IMG/VR virus record: IMGVR_UViG_3300046170_000299
Reading direction: 5' to 3' (one strand)
DNA length: 64,000 bases
Source: a virus
The notes under the pieces are model-generated. The model was given only the letters and a program-made list of their open reading frames with translations, was not told where the DNA came from and ran no database searches. This document shows positions 49,012 through 58,342 of the stretch, piece by piece (within the stretch, counting starts at the first letter, position 1; every line of letters starts with the position of its first letter). The position numbers were made by a program, and so were the translations under genes.

Positions 49012-49040
49012 CAGAGAGGGTTTTAACCCTCTCTTTTTTT
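49012..49040 (+). terminator. Intrinsic terminator
   Basis: AGAGAGGG-ttttaa-CCCTCTCT + T tract. Confidence 0.85.
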
Positions 49041-49185
49041 ATGAGTATAAACCAGTAGGCAATAATATTCGTTGCAATTTTTCTTTAATTGAATGTTCCA
49101 AAAATAAATAGTGGTAGAATTATGCGAGGTGGAAAAATGAACCCTTCTCTCCCCTTTATTATGGTTTATTGCATGGAGAAAATTA

Positions 49186-49359
49186 ATGCACAATCTATTG
49201 TCCAGATCTCAACTTAACCAGTGGAGACACTTAGAAACTACTGTAGACACTTTGGAGGTGGAAAATCAAAAGCTCGATGACTACTATGAATGTTTAGTCG
49301 AATGCGATTTAGAAAACCAAACTTATTGTAAACGAATATGTAGAAAAATTTTAACGTAA
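49186..49359 (+). CDS. Small twin-CX3C protein (57 aa)
   Basis: MHNLLSRSQLNQWRH...YYECLVECDLENQTYCKRICRKILT; hand-translated. Confidence 0.7.
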   Translation: MHNLLSRSQLNQWRHLETTVDTLEVENQKLDDYYECLVECDLENQTYCKRICRKILT

Positions 49360-49365
49360 ATATCT

Positions 49366-49403
49366 AGAGAGGGGTTGCAACCCCTCTTTTTTTATGCTAT
49401 GAT
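49366..49403 (+). promoter_or_regulatory. Terminator fused with sigma70 promoter
   Basis: AGAGGGG-ttgcaa-CCCCTCT + T tract; TTGCAA (49375), 17 bp, TATGAT (49398). Confidence 0.75.
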
Positions 49404-49424
49404 GATATCATCTGTAACATAAAT

Positions 49425-49607
49425 ATGGATAGAGAACGACTAAAACTCATTGTCAAAAACCTTAAATCTCTGGTCAATGCATTGGAGAGTGAAGTGTATT
49501 CTAATGTAGATGCATACAAATACGTTCATCCTTGGGACGAACATGTAAACAAAACAAAAGCCAGAGTATTAACTTCAGAGAACGACGATGACGGATATGC
49601 AGATTGA
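49425..49607 (+). CDS. Hypothetical protein
   Basis: MDRERLKLIVKNLKSLVNALESEVYS. Confidence 0.75.
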   Translation: MDRERLKLIVKNLKSLVNALESEVYSNVDAYKYVHPWDEHVNKTKARVLTSENDDDGYAD

Positions 49608-49848
49608 TTGGCGTTACAGTGATGAACGAATGGACGTGAGAACACAAGGACTTAACATCCTACTCAAGAAATTTGGACCTGAGATATGCTCAGACGGATC
49701 ACCAAGGTATTCATCCCAGAGCATTTACGAATGCATTCACGATTGGGTATCACAAGGTAACGCAAGCACATCTGGAATTGTTGCTTACTACCAAGCGTAT
49801 TATGACCCGAATAAAAGACCAAATAAGATTAGCAAAGAAAGCTATTAA
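49588..49848 (+). CDS. Hypothetical protein
   Basis: DWRYSDERM...IYECIHDWVS. Confidence 0.7.
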   Translation: MTDMQIDWRYSDERMDVRTQGLNILLKKFGPEICSDGSPRYSSQSIYECIHDWVSQGNASTSGIVAYYQAYYDPNKRPNKISKESY

Positions 49849-50068
49849 GGAAGCAAAGAAGAAACCTGATCTGTATACAGATGAGGAATTGCAATACATG
49901 ACATTAGCACTTGTACGTGCTAAGATACAACTAAAATTAAAACAACAACAAAGAAAACAGGAGAAGGGATTTAGTAATGAACTCAGTGAAACTCGTAACA
50001 GTGACACCAGACGCAGAGAAGATGATGGGGTACGTGGCGAGAGTATCGAACCCCAACAATCAGGATAA
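49802..50068 (+). CDS. Basic hypothetical protein
   Basis: Likely start MTRIKDQIRLAKKA; 3' end overlaps thyX. Confidence 0.55.
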   Translation: MTRIKDQIRLAKKAIKEAKKKPDLYTDEELQYMTLALVRAKIQLKLKQQQRKQEKGFSNELSETRNSDTRRREDDGVRGESIEPQQSG

Positions 50069-50615
50069 CCCTAAGGTTGCTGGTCTATTAAAGTACTGTA
50101 TCAAGCACAACCACTGGAGTGTCTTTGAGCAGGCACACATGACGCTTGAGATCGAGACCTCTAGAGGAATCGCAGCTCAAGTGCTACGACATAGATCTTT
50201 TACATTCCAAGAGTTTTCTCAACGGTATGCTGATAGTTCTATGCTGGCAGATATAATCCCTCTACCTAATCTACGTCGTCAGGACACAAAGAATCGTCAG
50301 AATTCTACTGATGATTTAGATGCTTTTCATAAGCAAGAGTTTGAGATTGCTATTCAAAGACACTTTGTTTCTGCTATGGATCTATACCAGACTATGCTTG
50401 ATCACGGTGTGGCAAAGGAATGTGCTAGATTTGTGCTTCCTTTAGCAGTTCCTACAAAAATCTACATGACAGGCTCAGTTCGGTCATGGATCCATTACAT
50501 CGAATTGCGTTCTGCTCATGGAACGCAGAAAGAACACATGGAAATCGCACTAGATGCTAAGCGTGTGTTCGCTGAACAATTTCCTATTTGTGCGGAGGCA
50601 CTTGACTGGTTATGA
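49977..50615 (+). CDS. thyX: Flavin-dependent thymidylate synthase
   Basis: HWSVFEQ, RHRSFTFQEFSQRY ThyX motif. Confidence 0.96.
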   Translation: MNSVKLVTVTPDAEKMMGYVARVSNPNNQDNPKVAGLLKYCIKHNHWSVFEQAHMTLEIETSRGIAAQVLRHRSFTFQEFSQRYADSSMLADIIPLPNLRRQDTKNRQNSTDDLDAFHKQEFEIAIQRHFVSAMDLYQTMLDHGVAKECARFVLPLAVPTKIYMTGSVRSWIHYIELRSAHGTQKEHMEIALDAKRVFAEQFPICAEALDWL

Positions 50616-50842
50616 AACTATTAACGTTGGAAGATTATGAATTGGCAGGTCAAACATTCTGGCCAAAGTATTGGTACGTTTCCAAAGAACTTGGTGAAGG
50701 TGCTAAGACAGAAGACATTCTTAAATGTATGGAAGCTATCGGTGGTGTTGCACTGAAGTTAGCACTAGAAGAGAAGGGAGCAGGTCCATTTGGATTTTAT
50801 AAAAAAAAGGAGGGTGACGATGGCGACGTATCCAGTTATTAA
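50612..50842 (+). CDS. Hypothetical protein
   Basis: 76-aa coupled ORF. Confidence 0.7.
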   Translation: MKLLTLEDYELAGQTFWPKYWYVSKELGEGAKTEDILKCMEAIGGVALKLALEEKGAGPFGFYKKKEGDDGDVSSY

Positions 50843-51086
50843 TAAAGAGACTGGTGAACAAAAAGAAGTAAGACTTAGTGTTCACGAGTGGAGTCAGTGG
50901 AAAGATGACAATCCAGAATGGGACAGAGACTGGAGTGATCCCTCTACTTGCCCTGCCTCTGGTGAAGTGGGAGAATGGAGAGATAAGATGGCAAAGACCC
51001 ATCCTGGATGGAAAGACATTATGAAAAACAAAGTGATTCCTAAAGCACCTCGTAACAAAACCATTACCGATAAGTACAACTACTAA
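50820..51086 (+). CDS. Conserved hypothetical protein
   Basis: MATYPVINKETGEQKE; AGGAGG RBS. Confidence 0.8.
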   Translation: MATYPVINKETGEQKEVRLSVHEWSQWKDDNPEWDRDWSDPSTCPASGEVGEWRDKMAKTHPGWKDIMKNKVIPKAPRNKTITDKYNY

Positions 51087-51088
51087 TT

Positions 51089-51841
51089 ATGCCTGTTAGA
51101 AAGAAGACAACTAAATCACCTGGTCAAGGGATGACTGCGAAGCAACGCAAGCGTCGTAAACCTATTGATGAAGCATACATGCTTCCTGTTGAACCCATCA
51201 CTGATAATCAAAAGATTTTCTTTGATGAGTGGGATAAAGGACAGATGTTATATGCATATGGTGTAGCAGGTACAGGTAAGACATTCATTGCACTGTACAA
51301 AGCACTTAAAGATGTACTGAATGAGTACACACCATACGATAAAATATACATTGTTAGATCTCTAGTAGCTACTAGGGAGATTGGTTTCTTACCTGGCGAC
51401 CATGAAGATAAGTCTTCTCTCTATCAAATTCCTTACAAGAACATGGTTCAATCCATGTTTGAGATGCCTGATGATGCATCATATGAAATGCTCTATGATA
51501 ATCTCAAGGCACAGGAAACTATCTCGTTCTGGTCCACTAGTTTCATACGTGGTACTACACTAGACAATGCAATCGTTATCATTGACGAGTGTCAGAACTT
51601 GAACTTCCACGAACTTGATTCAATCATCACTCGTGTTGGACAGGACAGTAAGATTATCTTCTGTGGTGATGCTGCACAGACTGACTTGCAAAAGATCAGT
51701 GAGCGTACAGGCATCATTGACTTCCAACGTATCTTACAGAACATGGAAGAGTTCTCACTGGTTGAATTCGGTGTAGAAGATATCGTTCGTTCTGGTCTTG
51801 TTAAATCTTATCTCATCAACAAAATCAATCTAGGTTTATGA
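51089..51841 (+). CDS. phoH: PhoH-like ATPase
   Basis: GVAGTGKT, GFLPGD, FIRGTTL, IDECQN, GDAAQTDL. Confidence 0.95.
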   Translation: MPVRKKTTKSPGQGMTAKQRKRRKPIDEAYMLPVEPITDNQKIFFDEWDKGQMLYAYGVAGTGKTFIALYKALKDVLNEYTPYDKIYIVRSLVATREIGFLPGDHEDKSSLYQIPYKNMVQSMFEMPDDASYEMLYDNLKAQETISFWSTSFIRGTTLDNAIVIIDECQNLNFHELDSIITRVGQDSKIIFCGDAAQTDLQKISERTGIIDFQRILQNMEEFSLVEFGVEDIVRSGLVKSYLINKINLGL

Positions 51842-52536
51842 AATTGTTTAATCATGTAGGTGGCATTGAACCTATTGAAATGTCTGCTGAGATGGTCGAA
51901 GGAAAAAGACTTTATCTCACACCCGAAGGCATGAAATTTCCATCTGTCACCACTGTGATTGGTAACAATGCTAAAAAGATGGCGGGTATTGCCAAGTGGC
52001 GAGCTCGTGTTGGTGAGAAGGCAGCAAATGCCAAGTCCACTCGTGCTACTGGTCGTGGCACAAAGTATCATTTAGTTGCAGAAGATTATCTTAACAACGA
52101 TTTAGACTTAAAGAAATACAAATCACATCCCCTTCCTGTGCTGATGTTTCACCACAGTCGTCCTACTTTGGACCGTATAAATAATATTTACTTACAGGAA
52201 GCTGCGCTCTACTCTAAACATTTAGAATTAGCAGGGCGTGTAGATTGTATCGCTGAGTTTGATGGTGTGTTGTCTATTATTGACTTTAAGACAGCAGAAC
52301 AACCTAAGCGTGAAGAATATCTCTACGACTATTTCGTTCAAGAAACTGCATACGCATGTATGCTTCAAGAAAACTACGGGTTGAGTGTCAAACAACTCGT
52401 CACAATCGTTGCTTGTGAAAACGGAGAGACCCAAGTGAAGGTGCTTCCACCTAAGAAAGAATACTTCATCAAGTTGATGGGTTACATCGACGAATACCAA
52501 GAACGATATGGACAAAAAACAATTATTAGAGGATAA
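51838..52536 (+). CDS. PD-(D/E)xK exonuclease
   Basis: FPSVTTV, RGTKYH, AGRVDCIAEFDG..SIIDFKT, QETAYA. Confidence 0.9.
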   Translation: MKLFNHVGGIEPIEMSAEMVEGKRLYLTPEGMKFPSVTTVIGNNAKKMAGIAKWRARVGEKAANAKSTRATGRGTKYHLVAEDYLNNDLDLKKYKSHPLPVLMFHHSRPTLDRINNIYLQEAALYSKHLELAGRVDCIAEFDGVLSIIDFKTAEQPKREEYLYDYFVQETAYACMLQENYGLSVKQLVTIVACENGETQVKVLPPKKEYFIKLMGYIDEYQERYGQKTIIRG

Positions 52537-52762
52537 ATTTATGACCGCTGCGAGATTTTCGCAGGAAGTGGAGAAGATTGCATTACACAATCCATCAATG
52601 AATTATATTGATTCTGTTATTCACTACTGTGAGGAAAATGAAATCGAATTAGATAGTGTAAGTAAACTAATTAGTAAACCATTAAAAGAAAAGTTGCGTC
52701 ATGATGCACAGCAACTCAACTTCATGAAAAAAACAAGTCGTGCCAAGTTAATGTTAGTATGA
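52508..52762 (+). CDS. gp33: Late-transcription coactivator
   Basis: FSQEVEKIA...YIDSVIHYCEENEIE...LKEKLRHDAQQLNF. Confidence 0.88.
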   Translation: MDKKQLLEDKFMTAARFSQEVEKIALHNPSMNYIDSVIHYCEENEIELDSVSKLISKPLKEKLRHDAQQLNFMKKTSRAKLMLV

Positions 52763-53094
52763 GCTTCTTTAAATCTGATATAGTTAGAGGTGACATCCAA
52801 GAAATGTTGGAGCTCCAGCAGTTCTGTTTTAGATCCGCTATGAATTTTGTTCTTCTTGAAGACGAAAGGAAGATGGATTATTTTGATGCACTTGAAACTC
52901 TCATTGAAAAACAAAAGATCTTTTATGCTCGTGCTAAACTGAGTGATGATCCCGAAGCTAAATCGGTCATCGAGACCATGAAGCAGGGGGTTGTCATGCT
53001 AGGAGCTACACCTGACACGTCCATCGAATCCATGTTTGATGAACTATTGTTAAAGGTTCAACGCATGAAGCAACAATTAGAGGCAGGGGGTTGA
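52759..53094 (+). CDS. Conserved cyanophage protein (DUF1825-like)
   Basis: MSFFKSDIVRGDIQEM, LIEKQKIFYARAKLSDDPEA. Confidence 0.75.
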   Translation: MSFFKSDIVRGDIQEMLELQQFCFRSAMNFVLLEDERKMDYFDALETLIEKQKIFYARAKLSDDPEAKSVIETMKQGVVMLGATPDTSIESMFDELLLKVQRMKQQLEAGG

Positions 53095-53119
53095 CGCCCG
53101 TCCCCTTGCCTGTTATTAT
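53091..53119 (+). promoter_or_regulatory. Sigma70-type promoter of gp32
   Basis: TTGACG, 17 bp, TG-n-TATTAT; same GGGGTTGACG...CCTGTTATTAT frame as the psbA promoter. Confidence 0.8.
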
Positions 53120-53192
53120 GTTCAAGTGATGAGGGCACCATTGGGTTCCAACCCAATACACAAACCAAATCCGATTAAATCCGAGGTAATCT

Positions 53193-54113
53193 ATGTCATT
53201 CGCAGACTTAAAGCGTAAATCTCAGAACAACTTCTCCTACCTTCAGAAGGAACTTGAGAAGTCATCCAGCGGTAAGAACGTTGATGATAGGTTCTGGAAA
53301 CCAGAAGTTGACGCTGCTGGTAACGGATATGCCGTTATCAGATTCCTTCCTGCCCCTGATGGTGAAACCATCCCATGGGCAAAGGTGTACTCCCATGCCT
53401 TCCAAGGTATTGGTGGTTGGTACATTGAAAACTCCTTAACTACACTCAACGAAAAGGATCCCGTTGGTGAAGTGAACCGCCGTCTCTGGAACAGCGGTGC
53501 TGATGAGGACAAAGAGACTGCACGTAAGCAGAAGCGTAAGCTTTCTTACTACAGTAACATCTATGTTGTAAAGGATCCTAAGCACCCTGAGAACGAGGGT
53601 AAGACATTCTTGTATAAGTATGGCAAGAAGATCCATGACAAGATCCTTGCTGCCATGCAACCCGAGTTCCAAGATGAGACACCAGTAAATGTCTTTGATC
53701 TTTGGGAAGGTGCTAACTTCAAATTGAAGATCAAAAAAGTAGCAGGGTACTGGAACTATGATAGCTCTGAGTTTGATAGTGTTAGTGCTTTGTCTGCAGA
53801 CGATGATGAACTTGAAGCAACGTGGAAAAAAGAATACTCACTAGAGTCATTCACTTCCAAAGAGCAGTTCAAATCATACGAAGATCTTGAGCGTCGTTTG
53901 AATCTTGTGCTAGGTATCAGCGCACGTCCTGCTCCCCGTCCAGTTGATGAGTCCTTCGAGGATGAGTCTGAAGGTCGTGGTAGTTTCAACGCCCCTCCTT
54001 TAGTCGTTGACAATCAACTGGTTGATGGTCACCATCGTTCTCCTGTCAAGCAGGAAGCAGTTGTAGATGACGATGATGCCCTGTCCTACTTCGCACGTCT
54101 TGCTGAGGAGTAA
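53193..54113 (+). CDS. gp32: Single-stranded DNA-binding protein
   Basis: DDRFWKP..D.AGNGYAVIRFLP, GANFKLKI, acidic tail DDDALSYFARLA. Confidence 0.96.
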   Translation: MSFADLKRKSQNNFSYLQKELEKSSSGKNVDDRFWKPEVDAAGNGYAVIRFLPAPDGETIPWAKVYSHAFQGIGGWYIENSLTTLNEKDPVGEVNRRLWNSGADEDKETARKQKRKLSYYSNIYVVKDPKHPENEGKTFLYKYGKKIHDKILAAMQPEFQDETPVNVFDLWEGANFKLKIKKVAGYWNYDSSEFDSVSALSADDDELEATWKKEYSLESFTSKEQFKSYEDLERRLNLVLGISARPAPRPVDESFEDESEGRGSFNAPPLVVDNQLVDGHHRSPVKQEAVVDDDDALSYFARLAEE

Positions 54114-54114
54114 T

Positions 54115-54273
54115 ATGGGAGCTGAATTCTTGGCAATGCCTGACACTCTAGCGATGCTAGATGGAGCAGTTGGAGCATGGAATTCTATGAGCTACGGGGA
54201 GGGGTTTCTCTTCTCCCTTTGGGTCGTAGGAATGTATTACATCAAACTTCGTATGGATAAATTCATTAAGTGA
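54115..54273 (+). CDS. Small membrane protein
   Basis: MGAEFLAMP...FLFSLWVVGMYYI. Confidence 0.6.
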   Translation: MGAEFLAMPDTLAMLDGAVGAWNSMSYGEGFLFSLWVVGMYYIKLRMDKFIK

Positions 54274-54464
54274 AGAAAGTGTTTGAGGTTCTCTTTCATC
54301 CAGTTACAGTTTTAAACTTAACTTTTGTTGGATCCTTAGGATTGATTCAGGTAGTCCACACCAAAGCACACCTTACTATAGAAACAGATGTTCATGGTCA
54401 TGTGCATCGAGCACTGAAAAAGAATCCAGAGTTGGCACGATCAGCTTGTTATGAACTTAACTAA
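54270..54464 (+). CDS. Small hypothetical protein
   Basis: GTG start, hydrophobic N-terminus. Confidence 0.65.
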   Translation: MKKVFEVLFHPVTVLNLTFVGSLGLIQVVHTKAHLTIETDVHGHVHRALKKNPELARSACYELN

Positions 54465-54592
54465 TGAAGAAAAAAGAAATGATCGAGGCACTACAAAAGC
54501 GTCTCGATCAGGTGGAGGCAGACAACCTAGTTCTCCTCACACGAATAGCAAAACTAGAGACGAAATTCGATAATCAAATCTGTGAAAAGTGA
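54464..54592 (+). CDS. Small coiled-coil protein (42 aa)
   Basis: MKKKEMIEALQKRLDQVEADNLVLL...; hand-translated. Confidence 0.55.
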   Translation: MKKKEMIEALQKRLDQVEADNLVLLTRIAKLETKFDNQICEK

Positions 54593-54628
54593 AAAAAATT
54601 CTCCGCCAATTTTTTGGTGAAAAAAGTC
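54582..54628. repeat. A-tract-rich intergenic motif, copy 1
   Basis: TGAAAAGTGAAAAAAATTCTCCGCCAATTTTTTGGTGAAAAAAGTC. Confidence 0.55.
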
Positions 54629-55259
54629 AACCAGTTTTCTTTAGACGCTGACTAATATAGTTGGTGTCTTTTTTGTATAGATTTTGTTTTCTGAAATCAT
54701 CTACAAAAGATTGTAAGTATTGTTTTTTAAGAAGATATATTTCTCTCTTCTTATCATTTTCTTCTTGATAATATTCTGCAACGGTAATGGGACTACAAAT
54801 CTCATTGCCGTTTTTTAATGTCATGGCACCATTGATATTTAATTTATGCTGTCCATTGTAAAATGTTTGATCAACATGCAAACCAGCAGCATAGTGTCCT
54901 ATCGATTGTTTGATTTCGTAATGATTGATCTGACTATATGGATCATCAAATTCTTGCTCTAATACTCTATAGAGTTCATAGTTATTCATTGGCCAATCAT
55001 ACTGTGCATTGACCATGTTGTTAGTCAAAAGAATTACCCAATCATAAAATTGATTTCCGTAAAAATTCCTAGCTAAAATATCTGGACGTTCTCCATCTTT
55101 GATTGCATACTTTTTAAAGTAAACAACATTAGAAAAGATATCATCATTGATTTTATATCTACGAAAAAAATTCTTCGCGACTGTAAAATCTGATGTTGAA
55201 AAAGGAGAGTTGATTGGTTTCTCGTCGTAAGCGAGATCTGGTATGATTGAAAAATACAT
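54627..55259 (-). CDS. gp53: Baseplate wedge subunit
   Basis: YAIKDGERPDILA..FYG..FYDWVILLTNN...QYDWP LysM-like motif. Confidence 0.92.
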   Translation of the reverse strand: MYFSIIPDLAYDEKPINSPFSTSDFTVAKNFFRRYKINDDIFSNVVYFKKYAIKDGERPDILARNFYGNQFYDWVILLTNNMVNAQYDWPMNNYELYRVLEQEFDDPYSQINHYEIKQSIGHYAAGLHVDQTFYNGQHKLNINGAMTLKNGNEICSPITVAEYYQEENDKKREIYLLKKQYLQSFVDDFRKQNLYKKDTNYISQRLKKTG

Positions 55260-56419
55260 TATCGAACAGAACCTGAGATAACTTCTTCTGCAAAGTTGAT
55301 TTTTGTTTCTTGAAAATTAAGTGTTAATTCGATGGCAACAGGTTGACCATCATCTCTATATGTAGCATATGCTCCATCAGGAGTGTAATTTACACTTACT
55401 TCAGTAACAGCTAACATTTTATATCTTGGAAGAACTTGATGTTCATTTGCTCCACGCATAAAAGAAACTCTACAAAGATTTGGTACACCAATAAACGCAG
55501 ATACAATTCCCTCGTTTACCATTTTGTCTGGATCATTAAATCCCATTACTTGTCCAGGATCACGGCGTGGTAAAGTACATGCTTTAAATATTTGTACAAT
55601 TCGATTAATCTCTGTAGATTCACCCGCATTTCTTGGAACTAATTTGAATTTTAAAGCAAAGTTTCTCATGTCAACACTTTGGAACATCAATTCAGTATTG
55701 GGATTCATGATTGCCCCTGATATGCCACCAAAAATATCATCTTTAGTAAGTGAATCACCACCAGCTGCTTTAACACTTTTCTGTAAAATTGCAGCAGCTG
55801 TTAGACCAAGAGCTCTTTGCGCTGCACCACTAAGTGTACCAAAACCCCCAGCAATTTTGTTTAATGCCCCTGCCTGACCTGCCGATGTTAAAATACCTGC
55901 ACCAGTCGTACTGAATGCTTTACCACCCCAATTACCTCTAAAACCAGTAGAAATATCTTCTGGCATATACATTATGATAGATGGATAATCCTCTCCAGCA
56001 TCGTCATAATCTTGAACTTGATTGTAATCAATTTCCTGATTAAAGTAACTTCCTAAATTATCCTCTTTAACGTTTAATGATGGAACATCATTTTGAAATG
56101 AATTCACACCAAACCCACCCAATCTTGTACCCGATTGTATACCCGTTCTATTTCTTTGTCTAAAAGGTGGATTGTATTTTTTAAATTGAAACAATACATA
56201 ATCACTATTCTCACCAATAGTCTGAGAATTTGGATATTTTAGAATACCAGAAGATGAATAATTTTGATCTGGTTTATCAAATGATCCGAGTCTAGTTAAA
56301 GCCTCGAATTCTGAAGGAGTCACACCTGCAGCTGCCGCTTCCGCCTTCGCGCCATCGATTTCTGCCTGAGACTTCTTTTGCTGTTCATCAAGTTGTCCTC
56401 CTGTTCCTCCCCAAGCCAT
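55259..56419 (-). CDS. gp48: Baseplate tail-tube cap
   Basis: YMPEDIST, NPNTELMF...RNF..KFKLVPRN, NYTPDG, LNFQETK. Confidence 0.88.
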   Translation of the reverse strand: MAWGGTGGQLDEQQKKSQAEIDGAKAEAAAAGVTPSEFEALTRLGSFDKPDQNYSSSGILKYPNSQTIGENSDYVLFQFKKYNPPFRQRNRTGIQSGTRLGGFGVNSFQNDVPSLNVKEDNLGSYFNQEIDYNQVQDYDDAGEDYPSIIMYMPEDISTGFRGNWGGKAFSTTGAGILTSAGQAGALNKIAGGFGTLSGAAQRALGLTAAAILQKSVKAAGGDSLTKDDIFGGISGAIMNPNTELMFQSVDMRNFALKFKLVPRNAGESTEINRIVQIFKACTLPRRDPGQVMGFNDPDKMVNEGIVSAFIGVPNLCRVSFMRGANEHQVLPRYKMLAVTEVSVNYTPDGAYATYRDDGQPVAIELTLNFQETKINFAEEVISGSVR

Positions 56420-57108
56420 TATTTTGCCATCTCCTTAGATTGTGGTGTTCCGTATCCTTTCACTAGTCTTTGACCTCGGATTTTATCATAGAAGTTCTCA
56501 TCAGTATCTTTCCATACTTCAGATTTATCTATTGGAAATACCATGCCATTAACATTTTTTACAAAATCTTCTGTTGGTAATAGGATTGCAGTATCCCATT
56601 CACTTGAAGATAGATCTAGGTATAACCCTTCTACATGTGGACTTAGGTATTTATGGAAACATCTCTTAGGAATGTCAATTCTTCCTTGCATTAATTTTTT
56701 AGTAGCTATAATTCTCTTCTTTGGTGACAAGTAATGTAGGTTAGCACCCCAAAATTCAGTTTTACCTGCTGCTTTGATTACATACACTAAAGGAAACCTA
56801 TCATAGTAAGGAAGATACTTCATCTTTGCCTTATACTCAAACATATAAAGGTGTCCTGCTACTGTGTATCGACGCAATTCATTTGCATCTTGTTCATCAG
56901 CAGCGCCTACTCTGTCACTCTTTTCATTTAATATATACTTACTAAAATTTTTCTTATAACTACTAGCTTCTGATTTCACTGCATTTCTATACCATGCAAG
57001 TGATTTTTTTTCTCCGTTTGTTTTAGCGGAGACTTTTTCAAATAATGTTTTGTATCCTGGTTCTTTATTTACGTTGTTGCGCTGTATAGCGGCGAATCCT
57101 GTTGTCAT
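56419..57108 (-). CDS. gp2: DNA end protector protein
   Basis: YMFEYKAK..LPYYDRFPLV, GANLHYL, FHKYL. Confidence 0.88.
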   Translation of the reverse strand: MTTGFAAIQRNNVNKEPGYKTLFEKVSAKTNGEKKSLAWYRNAVKSEASSYKKNFSKYILNEKSDRVGAADEQDANELRRYTVAGHLYMFEYKAKMKYLPYYDRFPLVYVIKAAGKTEFWGANLHYLSPKKRIIATKKLMQGRIDIPKRCFHKYLSPHVEGLYLDLSSSEWDTAILLPTEDFVKNVNGMVFPIDKSEVWKDTDENFYDKIRGQRLVKGYGTPQSKEMAK

Positions 57109-57111
57109 TTG

Positions 57112-57543
57112 TCATACTCCTAAATGATCCTCGGTTAATATTAAGAAGTTCATCTGCCTATCTTCACAATATTCACGAGCAGCAGACCATTTAGTTTGGT
57201 TCTTTGCGTATGTTAATACAGCATTACGATATGAGGCAGTTCGTTTATTTTTCTCATTCGGTGGTTGTGTTTGTTTTTTGGGTTTTACTTCAATAATATA
57301 CTTCGCAAGATTACCAGACTTTTCACGAACTTTGATATAAAAGTCTGGATAGTATCGCCTCACCTTACCATCAGGAGCTCTGTATGGTATAATAATCTCT
57401 TCACTTCCCCACTGTAATATTGAAGGGTTATTGTCACAGAACACCATGAACTTACGTTCCCATAGCGACCTGTAAACAACGTTTGTCGGGTTGCCACGGT
57501 ACTTCTGAGGGTTTTTAGGTTTAAAATACCCAGAGTACGCCAT
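57112..57543 (-). CDS. gp4: Head completion nuclease
   Basis: YRSLWERKFM, WGSEEIIIPY, YYPDFYI, IEVKP. Confidence 0.93.
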   Translation of the reverse strand: MAYSGYFKPKNPQKYRGNPTNVVYRSLWERKFMVFCDNNPSILQWGSEEIIIPYRAPDGKVRRYYPDFYIKVREKSGNLAKYIIEVKPKKQTQPPNEKNKRTASYRNAVLTYAKNQTKWSAAREYCEDRQMNFLILTEDHLGV

Positions 57544-57574
57544 AAATATAAATGATCCAACATAGGTATTTAGC

Positions 57575-58342
57575 GTGGCAGCGGGAATTACTTCATTTTT
57601 ATCTCAGGTCAGTCGTCAAGGCGGATTCTCGTTTAGTAATAATTTTCTGGTGGAAATAAAATCTTCTCAGGAGGGTGCTAACCCATCTGATCTATTCGAT
57701 CCTAATTTGTTAGAGATCTTTTGTGAAGAAGCACAACTGCCTAACTCAAATACTGCAACTGGAACACAAATTGGATTAGTCACTGGTCTTGGTTCTGTAG
57801 ATTATCCACACACAAGAGTGTTTACAGAATTTTCTCTTACATTTATGCTAGATGCTAACTTAAATATTTTGAAAAGTTTGAATGAATGGTATTATGGTAT
57901 TATTGGTCAAGAGAATAATGTCTCAGGAGGAATTCCAATATCTCCTGATAGAGTGATGAGAGTCGGTTACAAAGATGACTATGTGTGTGACATTTATATT
58001 ACAAAGACAGAGGCTGGAAAAGATTCTTCTACTGAGAGAAAACCATTGACTTATGTCATGGAGAAAGCATGGCCATACCAAATTGATGCTATCCCACTTC
58101 AATTTGGATCCTCTCAAATAACAAAAGTAACTGCACAATTTAAATACGAAAGACATTATACTATAGCAAGAGATATTAGATCAGCTCCTCAAATTACTAA
58201 AGGTGATGGATTGGGTCCCTATGAAAGTGTTACTCCTCTTACAGATGAGCAACGATTAGAGAACTTTAAGAGGGAAGTAGCTGTGACTGGTAATAGAAAT
58301 CTTGCGAGACGAATGGTGAATGCCTTCCCCATGGATCAGTAG
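57575..58342 (+). CDS. Tail-tube-like protein (gp19/gp54 family)
   Basis: FCEEAQLP, FSLTFMLD, AWPYQIDAIPLQFG...VTAQFKYE; divergent from gp4. Confidence 0.8.
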   Translation: MAAGITSFLSQVSRQGGFSFSNNFLVEIKSSQEGANPSDLFDPNLLEIFCEEAQLPNSNTATGTQIGLVTGLGSVDYPHTRVFTEFSLTFMLDANLNILKSLNEWYYGIIGQENNVSGGIPISPDRVMRVGYKDDYVCDIYITKTEAGKDSSTERKPLTYVMEKAWPYQIDAIPLQFGSSQITKVTAQFKYERHYTIARDIRSAPQITKGDGLGPYESVTPLTDEQRLENFKREVAVTGNRNLARRMVNAFPMDQ

